DNA of 64,000 nt, taken from NCBI GenBank assembly GCA_002753465.1, contig PEAF01000004.1:474-64473 (forward strand), given 5' to 3'. Within the stretch, counting starts at the first letter, position 1. Every line of letters starts with the position of its first letter. The position numbers were made by a program, and so were the translations under genes. Under the pieces are notes generated by a model, which made no database searches, had not been told where the DNA came from, and saw only the letters and a list, made by a program, of their open reading frames with translations. This stretch comes from Candidatus Omnitrophota bacterium. GTDB lineage: Bacteria; Omnitrophota; Gorgyraeia; Zapsychrales; Fredricksoniimonadaceae. Positions 36,584 to 44,896 of this stretch are shown in pieces.

Positions 36584-37754
36584 CTTTGATCATGAGCGCA
36601 TTGACAGGGCAGGCGCGCAGGCATTTAGCACAGTTGATACATTCTGCCATATCGATGGCGGGAATGCCTTTTTTATCAGAGGTGATCGCTTCTGTGGGGC
36701 AGATCCTGGCACAGTCGCCGCAGCCATTACAGGTGGAACGAGGTTTTATTTTGAAAAAGCTGAAGACTGCAGCGAGCCCTGTCAGGGCGCCGACAGGGCA
36801 GAGGTACTTGCACCAGAACCGGTAGTTGAATATGGCGAGCACGAGCATGAAAGCCAGAAAAGCCCAGGCAAGTTTACTGCCATGCCCGGCAAAGAGGGTG
36901 ATGAAGGGTTCAATATTGGCAATAGCGCCAGAGTTTAGGTATAGAGCGAGGCTCATGAGGATCAAAAGTAAAATGTATTTAATGAGACGGCTGTATTTAT
37001 CGATGACCGGCGTGATGACGGGGGTTGTATCGGCACGCCGGGATTTGAACATGAATAATATTTCCTGGATAGACGCGAAAGGGCACAAGCTGCCGCAGTA
37101 GACCCTTCCGATAAGGAATGCACTGAGGATGCCTATGATCAGGAACATCCACCATAAAGTGTTTTGACTGAAGTCCGGCGCTTTGCCCAGGCCTGCCTGA
37201 GTGATCTGGAGGATCGAAAGCATGGAGTGATTGATGATACCGAAATAAAAGGTACTGCCGATCATTACTGCCCAGCGCAGGGGGTTGTGACGATAGCAGA
37301 AGGCGATGGTGGCTGCAACTATAAGGAGTAAGGGGAGGATAATATACTCAATATTTAAAGCTGGTATTCTTTCTTCCTGTTGAGGCGTTTTGAGGATCAA
37401 GGCGCGCTCTTTACGTACACCCTCGGTGATGGCGTCACTGGTGATCGTTGCTCCTGAGATCGCATCGATGTCTCTCCCAAGGATAAGCTGGTTTTCACGG
37501 GGCTTTCCGATGAAGCGGGCCAGGAAGTCTTCAAGCCGGCCGACATAAGAAGGTGTTTCATCGTGTTGCGTGACTTGCAGGGATGTGATCGTACCATTAT
37601 CAGTAAGCTCCATGGTCATGTGAATCGGGCCGCCGTAGCCATAAGCTGTGAAAGCCGGCGGGGCTGCTAACTGGGGACGGCTCGTCCATAGGCCAGCGGC
37701 AAACAGTGTGCAACATAGAGTGGTTGCAATAAAGTAAAAACGCGGGTTGAACAT
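36567..37754 (-). CDS. FMN-binding-domain / NapH-NosR-like polyferredoxin membrane protein
   Basis: Flavinylation-type motif DAISGATITS. TM-embedded CGSLCPFASIQE and FWCKYLCPVGAL. C-terminal CNGCGDCARICP and CINCAKCLRACP. Confidence 0.7.
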   Translation of the reverse strand: MFNPRFYFIATTLCCTLFAAGLWTSRPQLAAPPAFTAYGYGGPIHMTMELTDNGTITSLQVTQHDETPSYVGRLEDFLARFIGKPRENQLILGRDIDAISGATITSDAITEGVRKERALILKTPQQEERIPALNIEYIILPLLLIVAATIAFCYRHNPLRWAVMIGSTFYFGIINHSMLSILQITQAGLGKAPDFSQNTLWWMFLIIGILSAFLIGRVYCGSLCPFASIQEILFMFKSRRADTTPVITPVIDKYSRLIKYILLLILMSLALYLNSGAIANIEPFITLFAGHGSKLAWAFLAFMLVLAIFNYRFWCKYLCPVGALTGLAAVFSFFKIKPRSTCNGCGDCARICPTEAITSDKKGIPAIDMAECINCAKCLRACPVNALMIKGGFHD

Positions 37755-37905
37755 AGTGTTTTATTCTATAACAGAGTTTGTAAAATGTCATAGTCAATTA
37801 TATGCAGTAGCTGGCTGCGTAGTGTCCATTTATCAGAAATACCTTGAGCACAGCGTCTTTTCTTATAATATTATCTTATATGTTCAAGAAAGGTCCGCTC
37901 GCGTG

Positions 37906-39069
37906 ATGAAGAGGCTGATGCATTTGTTGGGTTCCGCCGCATTTACGGCCGTGATCAGCACGGTCCTGATCGGGTTCTTTATTATATCTACATCGACTGA
38001 AGCCATGCATGGCAGCGTATTGTCGCAGGAGATCTTTTATAATGCCTGGTGGTTCGACCTGTTGGTTTCTTTATTATGGGTCAATATCTTCTTTTCCATC
38101 GTTGTGCGATGGCCGTTGTGCTGGCGGCAGACCGGATTTCTGATCACGCATGTCGGTATCCTGGGCATACTTTCCGGCGCTTTCATTATAAAATATTTCG
38201 TCGTTGACGGGCAATTGATGGTCGCTGAGGGGCAGAGGGTAGATTATTTTAAGCGCTCCGGCAAGATGCTGGCACGTACAGATAAGAAGGTTCCGTTTTG
38301 TCCTTTGGCCGTGAAAGGGCCTGTTAAGCTCCCTGCCCCTATCCTGAAGGTGATGGATAAAGAGGGCAAGGAATTACTGAGCTATACACTTGCCGTCGGG
38401 GATATCCCTGTAAAGATCAATATTCCGCAGACGGCATTTGAGATCGATGGACTGGCTTTTTATCCTTATGCTGCGGTTCAAGGCAAGGGTGTGCTGGTCA
38501 ATGATCCGGCAGGGCGCATGCCTAATCCGGCTGTGTCGTTTGACCTGATCGACAGCAAAGGGTTCGCTGTGCATCAGTTTGCATTTGCATTTTTCCCTGA
38601 TTTTAGTGCGATGCATCCCTCAGAGGAAAAGGGTGTGTCGGACCTGACGTTCCGTCTGGAAGCGGGAAAGCCTGAGGATTATACTGCATCCTCGGCTATG
38701 CCTGGTGGGGCCGCTGATCTTGCGCGGACAGATCGTTCGGAAGAGCTACCTTTTTCGCTGATGCTGAAAGATTTCCGTAAGATCGATTATCCTGGCACAA
38801 TGGAGGCGGCTGCTTTTGAGAGTGATGTTGTCCTGGAGGATAAAAAGAGCGGTGTAATGCTGGAGAAGACCATCAGCATGAACCATCCGCTGACGTATCA
38901 GGGTTACAAGATCTTTCAGATGTCGTATATTGATGACGGGGTCCACGGAAAAAGTTCCGTATTCACGGTGGCAAAAAATCCCGGGATACCGGTCGTATAT
39001 TTTAGTTCGTTTATAGCCTGCCTGGGTGCTTTATGGCAGTTTTATGGAAAAAGGTCTGAGGAGACATGA
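37906..39069 (+). CDS. ccsB: System II cytochrome c biogenesis protein (ResB/CcsB-like)
   Basis: N-terminal TM pair, a large periplasmic domain and a C-terminal TM segment (PGIPVVYFSSFIACLGALW). Precedes ccsA with a 4-nt overlap. The track start at 37747 is rejected. Confidence 0.6.
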   Translation: MKRLMHLLGSAAFTAVISTVLIGFFIISTSTEAMHGSVLSQEIFYNAWWFDLLVSLLWVNIFFSIVVRWPLCWRQTGFLITHVGILGILSGAFIIKYFVVDGQLMVAEGQRVDYFKRSGKMLARTDKKVPFCPLAVKGPVKLPAPILKVMDKEGKELLSYTLAVGDIPVKINIPQTAFEIDGLAFYPYAAVQGKGVLVNDPAGRMPNPAVSFDLIDSKGFAVHQFAFAFFPDFSAMHPSEEKGVSDLTFRLEAGKPEDYTASSAMPGGAADLARTDRSEELPFSLMLKDFRKIDYPGTMEAAAFESDVVLEDKKSGVMLEKTISMNHPLTYQGYKIFQMSYIDDGVHGKSSVFTVAKNPGIPVVYFSSFIACLGALWQFYGKRSEET

Positions 39070-40637
39070 TGAAAACAATATTGATCCTTGCTTTGGTATT
39101 CATGGGGTTTGTGGCGCCCGTCAGTGCGTCGCAGGTTGCAGGTTCCGTTGCTGTTGGTTTGATCCCCATTCAGCATGGCGGGCGCATCAAGCCTTTTGCC
39201 GCGTTTGCCCACGAACTTGTTCAGTCAATAACCGGCAAAGCCCGGTGGCAGGGATCTCCGGCGGTCGATGTGATCATGAGCCGTTTAGCCAGGCCCGAGC
39301 AATTTCTGGATGTCCCTTTCATCAGGATCGATCATCCCGGCTTAAAAGAAGCGCTGGGCATTCTATCGGAGAAGAAAAGCGTCTCGTACCATGAGCTGCA
39401 ACCAGTATTTAAGACCCTTGAGTCGATCGTGGCGCAAGCTTCGGTGAAGCGGCAGAAGGAAGAGAGGCTCTCTGCCCTTGAACAGCAGGCGGATATTCTT
39501 TATGAGCGTCTTGCTACAGTTGATCGCCTGAGCCGTGGAGAAATGATCACCGTTATGCCTGTTCCCGGCAAGACGGCATGGGCATCTCCTTTTACAAGCA
39601 ATATGGTTCAATCCAAATATTTCCTTCAACTTGTTAAAAATTATGCCGATAAAGACCCAAAAATTGTGACTCAGGTTGACCTTTGGATCGCATCCGTCGT
39701 GCCTTCACTGGAAAAAGACGGCTGGGAGAAGGTTAAAATGGAAGGCATCTATTATGCGATGGAGCCATTTTATTATGCCGGGATATTGTATCTTATCGGG
39801 TTTATCCTCTTAGTCTTTTCCGGATTGCGGATGCCGGATGCCGGATGCCTAGCGCTGTTCATCGGGTTTGTCTTCCATACGGCCGGGCTCCTGTTAAGAA
39901 CATATATTCTGTCGAGGCCGCCTGTCGCTAATATGTATGAGACCATGATCTTCATGGATTGGGTCCTTATGATCTGTGTCGGATGTTATGCGATCTTTCA
40001 GAAGCGTCGATCATTCTTGTCGAGCGGCGCGCTGGCAAGCGTCCTGGTGATGCTTTATGCGAATCTGCTCCCGGTTAGTAGCTCATTGGACGTCCTTTCT
40101 CCGGTTTTGCGCAGCAGTTATTGGTTAATGATCCATGTCATGACGATCATGGCCAGTTATAGTTTTTTTACGTTAGCCATGGCGATTTCTCACCGGTATT
40201 TATTTCTGGCAGCAACAGGGAAGCTGACGGCCGATGAGGACAAAGGGTCCGCGCTGGCCATTTACCGGATTTTGCAGGCGGGTTTGATCGCTTTAGGTGC
40301 GGGGACGATCTTGGGCGGCGTATGGGCCAATGAGACCTGGGGCCGGTTCTGGGGCTGGGACCCTAAAGAAACATGGGCGTTCATTACGTTTTTGGGGTAT
40401 ATGGCGATTTTGCACTTGCGTTACAGCCGTAAGCTTACGAATTGGGGTTTAGCGGTGGCCAGCCTTTTGGGATTCCTTCTGGTCCTGATGACATGGTATG
40501 GCGTGAATTTTGTCCTGGGGCGCGGCTTGCATAGTTATGGTGCAGGGTCGGGTGGTTTGGAATGGATCATGTTATTTTTGGTATTGGAGGCAGGATTCCT
40601 GGGTGGTATGATTTATTTAAGAAAGAGGAGGGGATAA
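39066..40637 (+). CDS. ccsA: System II cytochrome c biogenesis protein CcsA/ResC with an N-terminal periplasmic extension
   Basis: WWD motif WGRFWGWDPKETWAF and conserved His-bearing TM helices. Confidence 0.8.
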   Translation: MMKTILILALVFMGFVAPVSASQVAGSVAVGLIPIQHGGRIKPFAAFAHELVQSITGKARWQGSPAVDVIMSRLARPEQFLDVPFIRIDHPGLKEALGILSEKKSVSYHELQPVFKTLESIVAQASVKRQKEERLSALEQQADILYERLATVDRLSRGEMITVMPVPGKTAWASPFTSNMVQSKYFLQLVKNYADKDPKIVTQVDLWIASVVPSLEKDGWEKVKMEGIYYAMEPFYYAGILYLIGFILLVFSGLRMPDAGCLALFIGFVFHTAGLLLRTYILSRPPVANMYETMIFMDWVLMICVGCYAIFQKRRSFLSSGALASVLVMLYANLLPVSSSLDVLSPVLRSSYWLMIHVMTIMASYSFFTLAMAISHRYLFLAATGKLTADEDKGSALAIYRILQAGLIALGAGTILGGVWANETWGRFWGWDPKETWAFITFLGYMAILHLRYSRKLTNWGLAVASLLGFLLVLMTWYGVNFVLGRGLHSYGAGSGGLEWIMLFLVLEAGFLGGMIYLRKRRG

Positions 40638-40639
40638 CA

Positions 40640-40951
40640 ATGTTGAACATTGACCGACGCAAGGTTTTAATTTTGACCAGTGTTTTCATGCTGACGTCTT
40701 TGGGTGCTGTGCAAGCCACCCCTAAACAAAGGAAATTGTATAAAGAGGTGTTCCCGGATTCAAATCCTAAGTGCGCCTATTGTCATGATCTGGATAAGCC
40801 CAGGAAAGACGGGGAAAAGCTGTCTATGAATGATTATGGGATGGCGATCATAAAAGCGGCGCAAGATGCCCGGGAGACTAAAGACATGGAAGCCGTGCCT
40901 GTTGCTGAAACCTATAAAAAAGTAGGTCAAGTTGAAGATTTCAAGAAGTAA
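40640..40951 (+). CDS. Periplasmic monohaem c-type cytochrome
   Basis: Signal peptide MLNIDRRKVLILTSVFMLTSLGAVQA and a single CAYCH motif. Confidence 0.65.
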   Translation: MLNIDRRKVLILTSVFMLTSLGAVQATPKQRKLYKEVFPDSNPKCAYCHDLDKPRKDGEKLSMNDYGMAIIKAAQDARETKDMEAVPVAETYKKVGQVEDFKK

Positions 40952-41690
40952 AGTAGCTCTTCTTATAATTGGCGTAGCCGTATTTTTCATTGCGGGGATC
41001 ACGTATGCCTCCAGTGCCGGTAAGGCTCCTGTGACCGCGATCAAGGGTGCTACCTATGTCGGTTTGGAGACCTGTACGGCCTGTCACCGGAAAGAGGGAC
41101 GGGTTTATCCGGCGTCTTTGCACGCGAGGCTTGCGACCAGAGATGCTGATCAGGCTCAGGATTGTGAGATATGCCACGGTGCCGGCAGCATACACGCCGA
41201 TGACCCGAGGAAAAAAGGGAGTATCATCAATCCACGCAAGGATCCTGAGATCTGCCTGAGTTGCCATCAGGAAAAGCGCATGGAAGCCAAGTTGCCGTTC
41301 AGGCATCCGGTCCTGGAAGGCAAGATGGGTTGTACGGATTGTCATGAACCGCACGGAGCGGATCTCGTCGCCGGCGGAGCGTCCATGGAAAGTATGAATG
41401 AGGTTTGTTTCAAGTGTCATAAAGACCAGCAGGGCCCGGTGGTTTATGAGCATGCGGCCATGCGCGAAGGTTGCACAGAATGCCATAAGGTGCATGGTTC
41501 TATTTATGACAAAATGCTTAAGACCAGGGATGCCAATCTGTGTTTGCGTTGTCATGTGCAGGCTAATTTTCCTACAATCGGAGGGGGCGCGCATACGTCT
41601 AATTCGAGGATACCCCAGGGTGTATGTTTTTATGCCGGATGTCATACGGCGGTGCACGGGTCTAATTTTGATAAAACGCTGCGCTACTAA
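40932..41690 (+). CDS. Periplasmic multihaem c-type cytochrome (7 CXXCH + 1 CX4CH)
   Basis: CTACH, CEICH, CLSCH, CTDCH, CFKCH, CTECH, CLRCH, then CFYAGCH..HGSN. TTG start and signal-anchor KVALLIIGVAVFFIAG. Confidence 0.8.
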   Translation: MKISRSKVALLIIGVAVFFIAGITYASSAGKAPVTAIKGATYVGLETCTACHRKEGRVYPASLHARLATRDADQAQDCEICHGAGSIHADDPRKKGSIINPRKDPEICLSCHQEKRMEAKLPFRHPVLEGKMGCTDCHEPHGADLVAGGASMESMNEVCFKCHKDQQGPVVYEHAAMREGCTECHKVHGSIYDKMLKTRDANLCLRCHVQANFPTIGGGAHTSNSRIPQGVCFYAGCHTAVHGSNFDKTLRY

Positions 41691-41726
41691 GAGGGTGAGC
41701 ACATAGCACATATTTCTTTTAAACAC

Positions 41727-43817
41727 ATGCTCGGGCGTATTTTTTGCGGCGGTTGTATCTTCGTAGCCGGTGTTGCCGCGGCATCTGCTGAAAGTAAGGC
41801 GTCTGTCGAAATCACGCCTGCGGTCAAGGTTGTTGAGGTCAAAGGGGATGTTGCCAAATTCCGGGCCATCAGCGGTCAGAATGATCAGGGTTCTTCCGGC
41901 TTCAAGGATATTTCCATAGAGAGCGATATAAGCAAGGGTACCCGCATTACGATGAAGGGTGGCTATTTGCCGGAGGAGAATGATAATAACGGTACGGTCT
42001 TGATCACCCAAGATGATGTCGGGTTTATCCGGATGGATTACAATGCGCTGCGCCGGTATTACATGAATCAAGGGGGATATTATCCTTTTACGACGGCAGG
42101 CCTTCAGGTCATCCGCCTGACGCAGGATCTGAACATGGATATTGATAAGTTCAGTTTTGAGCTCGGCAACGGCACGCCGGATGATTCCACCCTCAGTGTG
42201 CAATATGATCGCAGGACTAAAAAGGGCATCAAGAACCGTTTGACCTGGGGAGGCGTTGTTTCGGGTTTGGCGACCAAATCGACGGCGCCGTCTTACAGTG
42301 AGCATGATGAAACAACCGACACGGTAACAGTTAAAAATAAATTTCAGGCCATGGGATTCACGGTTAAGGGTGCCCAGCAGTACGAATTCTTTCAGTCCAA
42401 TAAGAGCCGCACCGAGCAATGGTACAACGCTGCCATGGACACGCCTGCCAGTACGAATAAGAAAAGAGTGCAGTCGGACGACACACAGGCCAAGTCGTTA
42501 TCGACAACGCTTTTAGCGGATAAGTGGTCGCTGAATGACAAGACTTATCTGGCGGTTGGTTCGCGTTATTCGCACAACAGGACAAGTCAAATTGAGGTGC
42601 AGCGTGAGTATCAGGTTGATGGTACGCCGTGGGCCTATAGCCGTCCATATATTAAAGACGGGGGGGCCGATAACTTCGAGGATAAGTACACGTTGACGGG
42701 GAATTTGCTGTCCAATTTAAGCGACCGGTTGACATTTGGCACGAAGTTCAAGACTGATATGACATCTATCCGTGCGGCATCGACCCAGGGGGCTGATTGC
42801 GGCCCGGCGGATACGGTCTGTTCTTCTATCGCGGCTGCAGGTGTGTCGCCGGACGGTGTTGCCAATTATTACTATGATGGCTCGACTGAGAATAAGATCA
42901 TGGCAACGGCAGGCAGCTTCTCACTCAAGTACAGCGGCATTCCCAAGACCAGCCTTTATACCGACCTTGACCTGACGCATGAACGCAATTGGCTGTCTCT
43001 GGCCCGTATAGCTTATTTGGGGCAGGACGCTTCGTTGGCTACCAATACATCCGGGGATGCGTATCATGATATTATTAATCGCACAGCCGATATTACCAGC
43101 ACCGTCGGTGCGCGATTTACGCCGGTAAAGAATGTCACGACGACCGTAGAGTATAAGAATGGCGGTAAGAATGACAAGCTCGACAGGATCATTTACTCAA
43201 GTGATAGCGAAGCATACTTGAATACTTTACGCACGCGAAAAGAGGAGGTGGCCTCGCGGATCGCGTGGAAGCCTGTGAAGTGGTTCGAGAATTCATTTCG
43301 TTACAAGACGATAGGAAAAACATACAAGACCCAATATGCAGCCTTGGATATGGTCAAAAGCCAGCAGATGGAGCGGGATTATATTTATGATGTGACACTG
43401 ATCCCGACGGATGCGTTGATGTTCAATGTTGCTTATTTATTGCAACTTTATAAAACGTCGACTCCGGCCGCCCAGATGCAGACCGCAACCTATTTGCCGG
43501 CAACGACCGCGAATGTACATACATGGTCAGCAGGGATCAGTTATGCCCCGGTTCAGACGTTAAGCTTTTTCAATTCCTATGAATATTCCAGGGCCAAGAA
43601 CGCCAATAACGATTACATAGGTGATACAGGGACGGCCTTCTTATACGCGCCTGATAATGAATGGTACAATACCAGTCTGGGCGTTACGTGGTCGCCCAGG
43701 AAGTATTTGACCATTGAACCGCGCTATACCTATTATGGTTTTCGTTCGTACCAGTCTGTCGATACGGGCAATTATACGGCGCAGGCCTTATGGCTTGATG
43801 TTAATGTGATCTGGTAA
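41727..43817 (+). CDS. Outer-membrane beta-barrel protein, MtrB/PioB/OmbB-type porin candidate
   Basis: Signal peptide ..VAGVAAASA/ES. A ~670-aa mature chain rich in Tyr/Thr/Asn/Gly alternation. C-terminal ..LWLDVNVIW (aromatic terminus). Lies 36 nt after the multihaem cytochrome. Confidence 0.6.
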   Translation: MLGRIFCGGCIFVAGVAAASAESKASVEITPAVKVVEVKGDVAKFRAISGQNDQGSSGFKDISIESDISKGTRITMKGGYLPEENDNNGTVLITQDDVGFIRMDYNALRRYYMNQGGYYPFTTAGLQVIRLTQDLNMDIDKFSFELGNGTPDDSTLSVQYDRRTKKGIKNRLTWGGVVSGLATKSTAPSYSEHDETTDTVTVKNKFQAMGFTVKGAQQYEFFQSNKSRTEQWYNAAMDTPASTNKKRVQSDDTQAKSLSTTLLADKWSLNDKTYLAVGSRYSHNRTSQIEVQREYQVDGTPWAYSRPYIKDGGADNFEDKYTLTGNLLSNLSDRLTFGTKFKTDMTSIRAASTQGADCGPADTVCSSIAAAGVSPDGVANYYYDGSTENKIMATAGSFSLKYSGIPKTSLYTDLDLTHERNWLSLARIAYLGQDASLATNTSGDAYHDIINRTADITSTVGARFTPVKNVTTTVEYKNGGKNDKLDRIIYSSDSEAYLNTLRTRKEEVASRIAWKPVKWFENSFRYKTIGKTYKTQYAALDMVKSQQMERDYIYDVTLIPTDALMFNVAYLLQLYKTSTPAAQMQTATYLPATTANVHTWSAGISYAPVQTLSFFNSYEYSRAKNANNDYIGDTGTAFLYAPDNEWYNTSLGVTWSPRKYLTIEPRYTYYGFRSYQSVDTGNYTAQALWLDVNVIW

Positions 43818-43905
43818 CAACAGATACGGCATCGCTAAACGCCCTGGGCCGGAATCGATAAAAATTCTTGATTCGTTTATCCTTAGCATCCGCAGGATTA
43901 TTTTC

Positions 43906-43934
43906 TTGCAGAATACCGCTCTTCTCCATATAAT
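43906..43934 (+). promoter_or_regulatory. Sigma70-type promoter candidate for the hydrogenase operon
   Basis: TTGCAG-17 nt-TATAAT, about 77 nt upstream of ATG 44011. Confidence 0.5.
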
Positions 43935-44010
43935 CAGCCAATTCATAAGGGTCAGGAAGTTCATCCGAATAGTCCCGACTTAACCCGCATTAAACATCAG
44001 GAGTTTGTTT

Positions 44011-44487
44011 ATGGTCGTTGAAACCTTAAAAGACGACGTAAAAGCCGTTATTGAGCGTTGGAAGGATAAAGAGGGTAACCTCATCATGATCCTTCATGAT
44101 ATTCAGGACCGTTACGGGTATGTTCCGCGTGAGGCCGCGCTTGAAGTGTCGCGTCAGGCAGATATGCCGCTGGCGCGCATTTATGAGGTTCTTACGTTCT
44201 ACAATTATTTCAAGCTGACGCCTCCCGGCAAATTCACTATTTCGGTCTGTTTGGGTACGGCGTGTTATTTGAAGGGAGCTCCGGCTTTGATCGAGGAGAT
44301 CCGCCGTTTGCTTCAGGTGGATGAAGGGCATACGACCAAGGACGGTTTATTTCATCTGCAGATCGTCCGTTGCCTGGGTTGTTGCGGCTTGGCGCCGGTG
44401 ATCACGGTAGGGCACAAGGTTTACAGCGCGGTCAAGAGGACCGATGTGATGGGTATCATTGCCGAACATAAGACCGTTGAAGCTTAA
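44011..44487 (+). CDS. hydC: [FeFe]-hydrogenase NuoE-like [2Fe-2S] subunit (HydC/HndA)
   Basis: SVCLGTACYLKG and RCLGCCGLAP Cys pattern. AGGAG Shine-Dalgarno 8 nt before ATG 44011. Confidence 0.85.
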   Translation: MVVETLKDDVKAVIERWKDKEGNLIMILHDIQDRYGYVPREAALEVSRQADMPLARIYEVLTFYNYFKLTPPGKFTISVCLGTACYLKGAPALIEEIRRLLQVDEGHTTKDGLFHLQIVRCLGCCGLAPVITVGHKVYSAVKRTDVMGIIAEHKTVEA

Positions 44488-44530
44488 ATCGGCTGCGTGC
44501 GTTCGGCGTTAATTATTGAGGAGGGCCGTT

Positions 44531-44872
44531 ATGGCTATGACCAGGGAAGAATTAAATAAATTAAAATCAGCAGCGCAGTCCAATCCACCCAGGAACTGGA
44601 TCCGCGTGGGCTATAGCACATGCGGTGTGGCGGCGGGTGCCAAAGAAGTTCTTGATGTTCTCAACGAAGAGATCAAGGCGCACAACATGGATGTGATCGT
44701 CAAGAAATGCGGCTGTGTCGGGCTTTGCTCGGCCGAACCGCTGGTTGAGGTCAATATCGAAGGCGCCCCGCGCGTATTCTACGGCAAGGTCAATAAGGAC
44801 GTGGCCCGCAGGATCGTCGATGAACATGTTTGCCAGAAGAAGCTTGTTGAGAACCATATTTACGAGATCTAA
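44531..44872 (+). CDS. Thioredoxin-like [2Fe-2S] ferredoxin (HndB-like)
   Basis: GYSTCGVAAGA..KKCGCVGLCSAEP. GAGGAGG Shine-Dalgarno before ATG 44531. Confidence 0.7.
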   Translation: MAMTREELNKLKSAAQSNPPRNWIRVGYSTCGVAAGAKEVLDVLNEEIKAHNMDVIVKKCGCVGLCSAEPLVEVNIEGAPRVFYGKVNKDVARRIVDEHVCQKKLVENHIYEI

Positions 44873-44896
44873 CCCCGGATTAATAAGGAAAAAGAT

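Noticed and set aside
40941-42419. 492-aa minus-strand ORF, the longest antisense ORF in the track
   Set aside because: It is fully antisense to the multihaem cytochrome and the beta-barrel genes, both of which have strong motif support. Its translation is Arg/Ile/Leu-rich with no motif, typical of the shadow frame of a real gene.
43818-44010. Search for a Rex operator (TTGTGAA-N-TTCACAA type) upstream of the hydrogenase operon, of rex itself and of the nrd operon
   Set aside because: No GTGAA/TTCAC half-site pair was seen by eye in these regions. A PWM scan is needed before claiming presence or absence.
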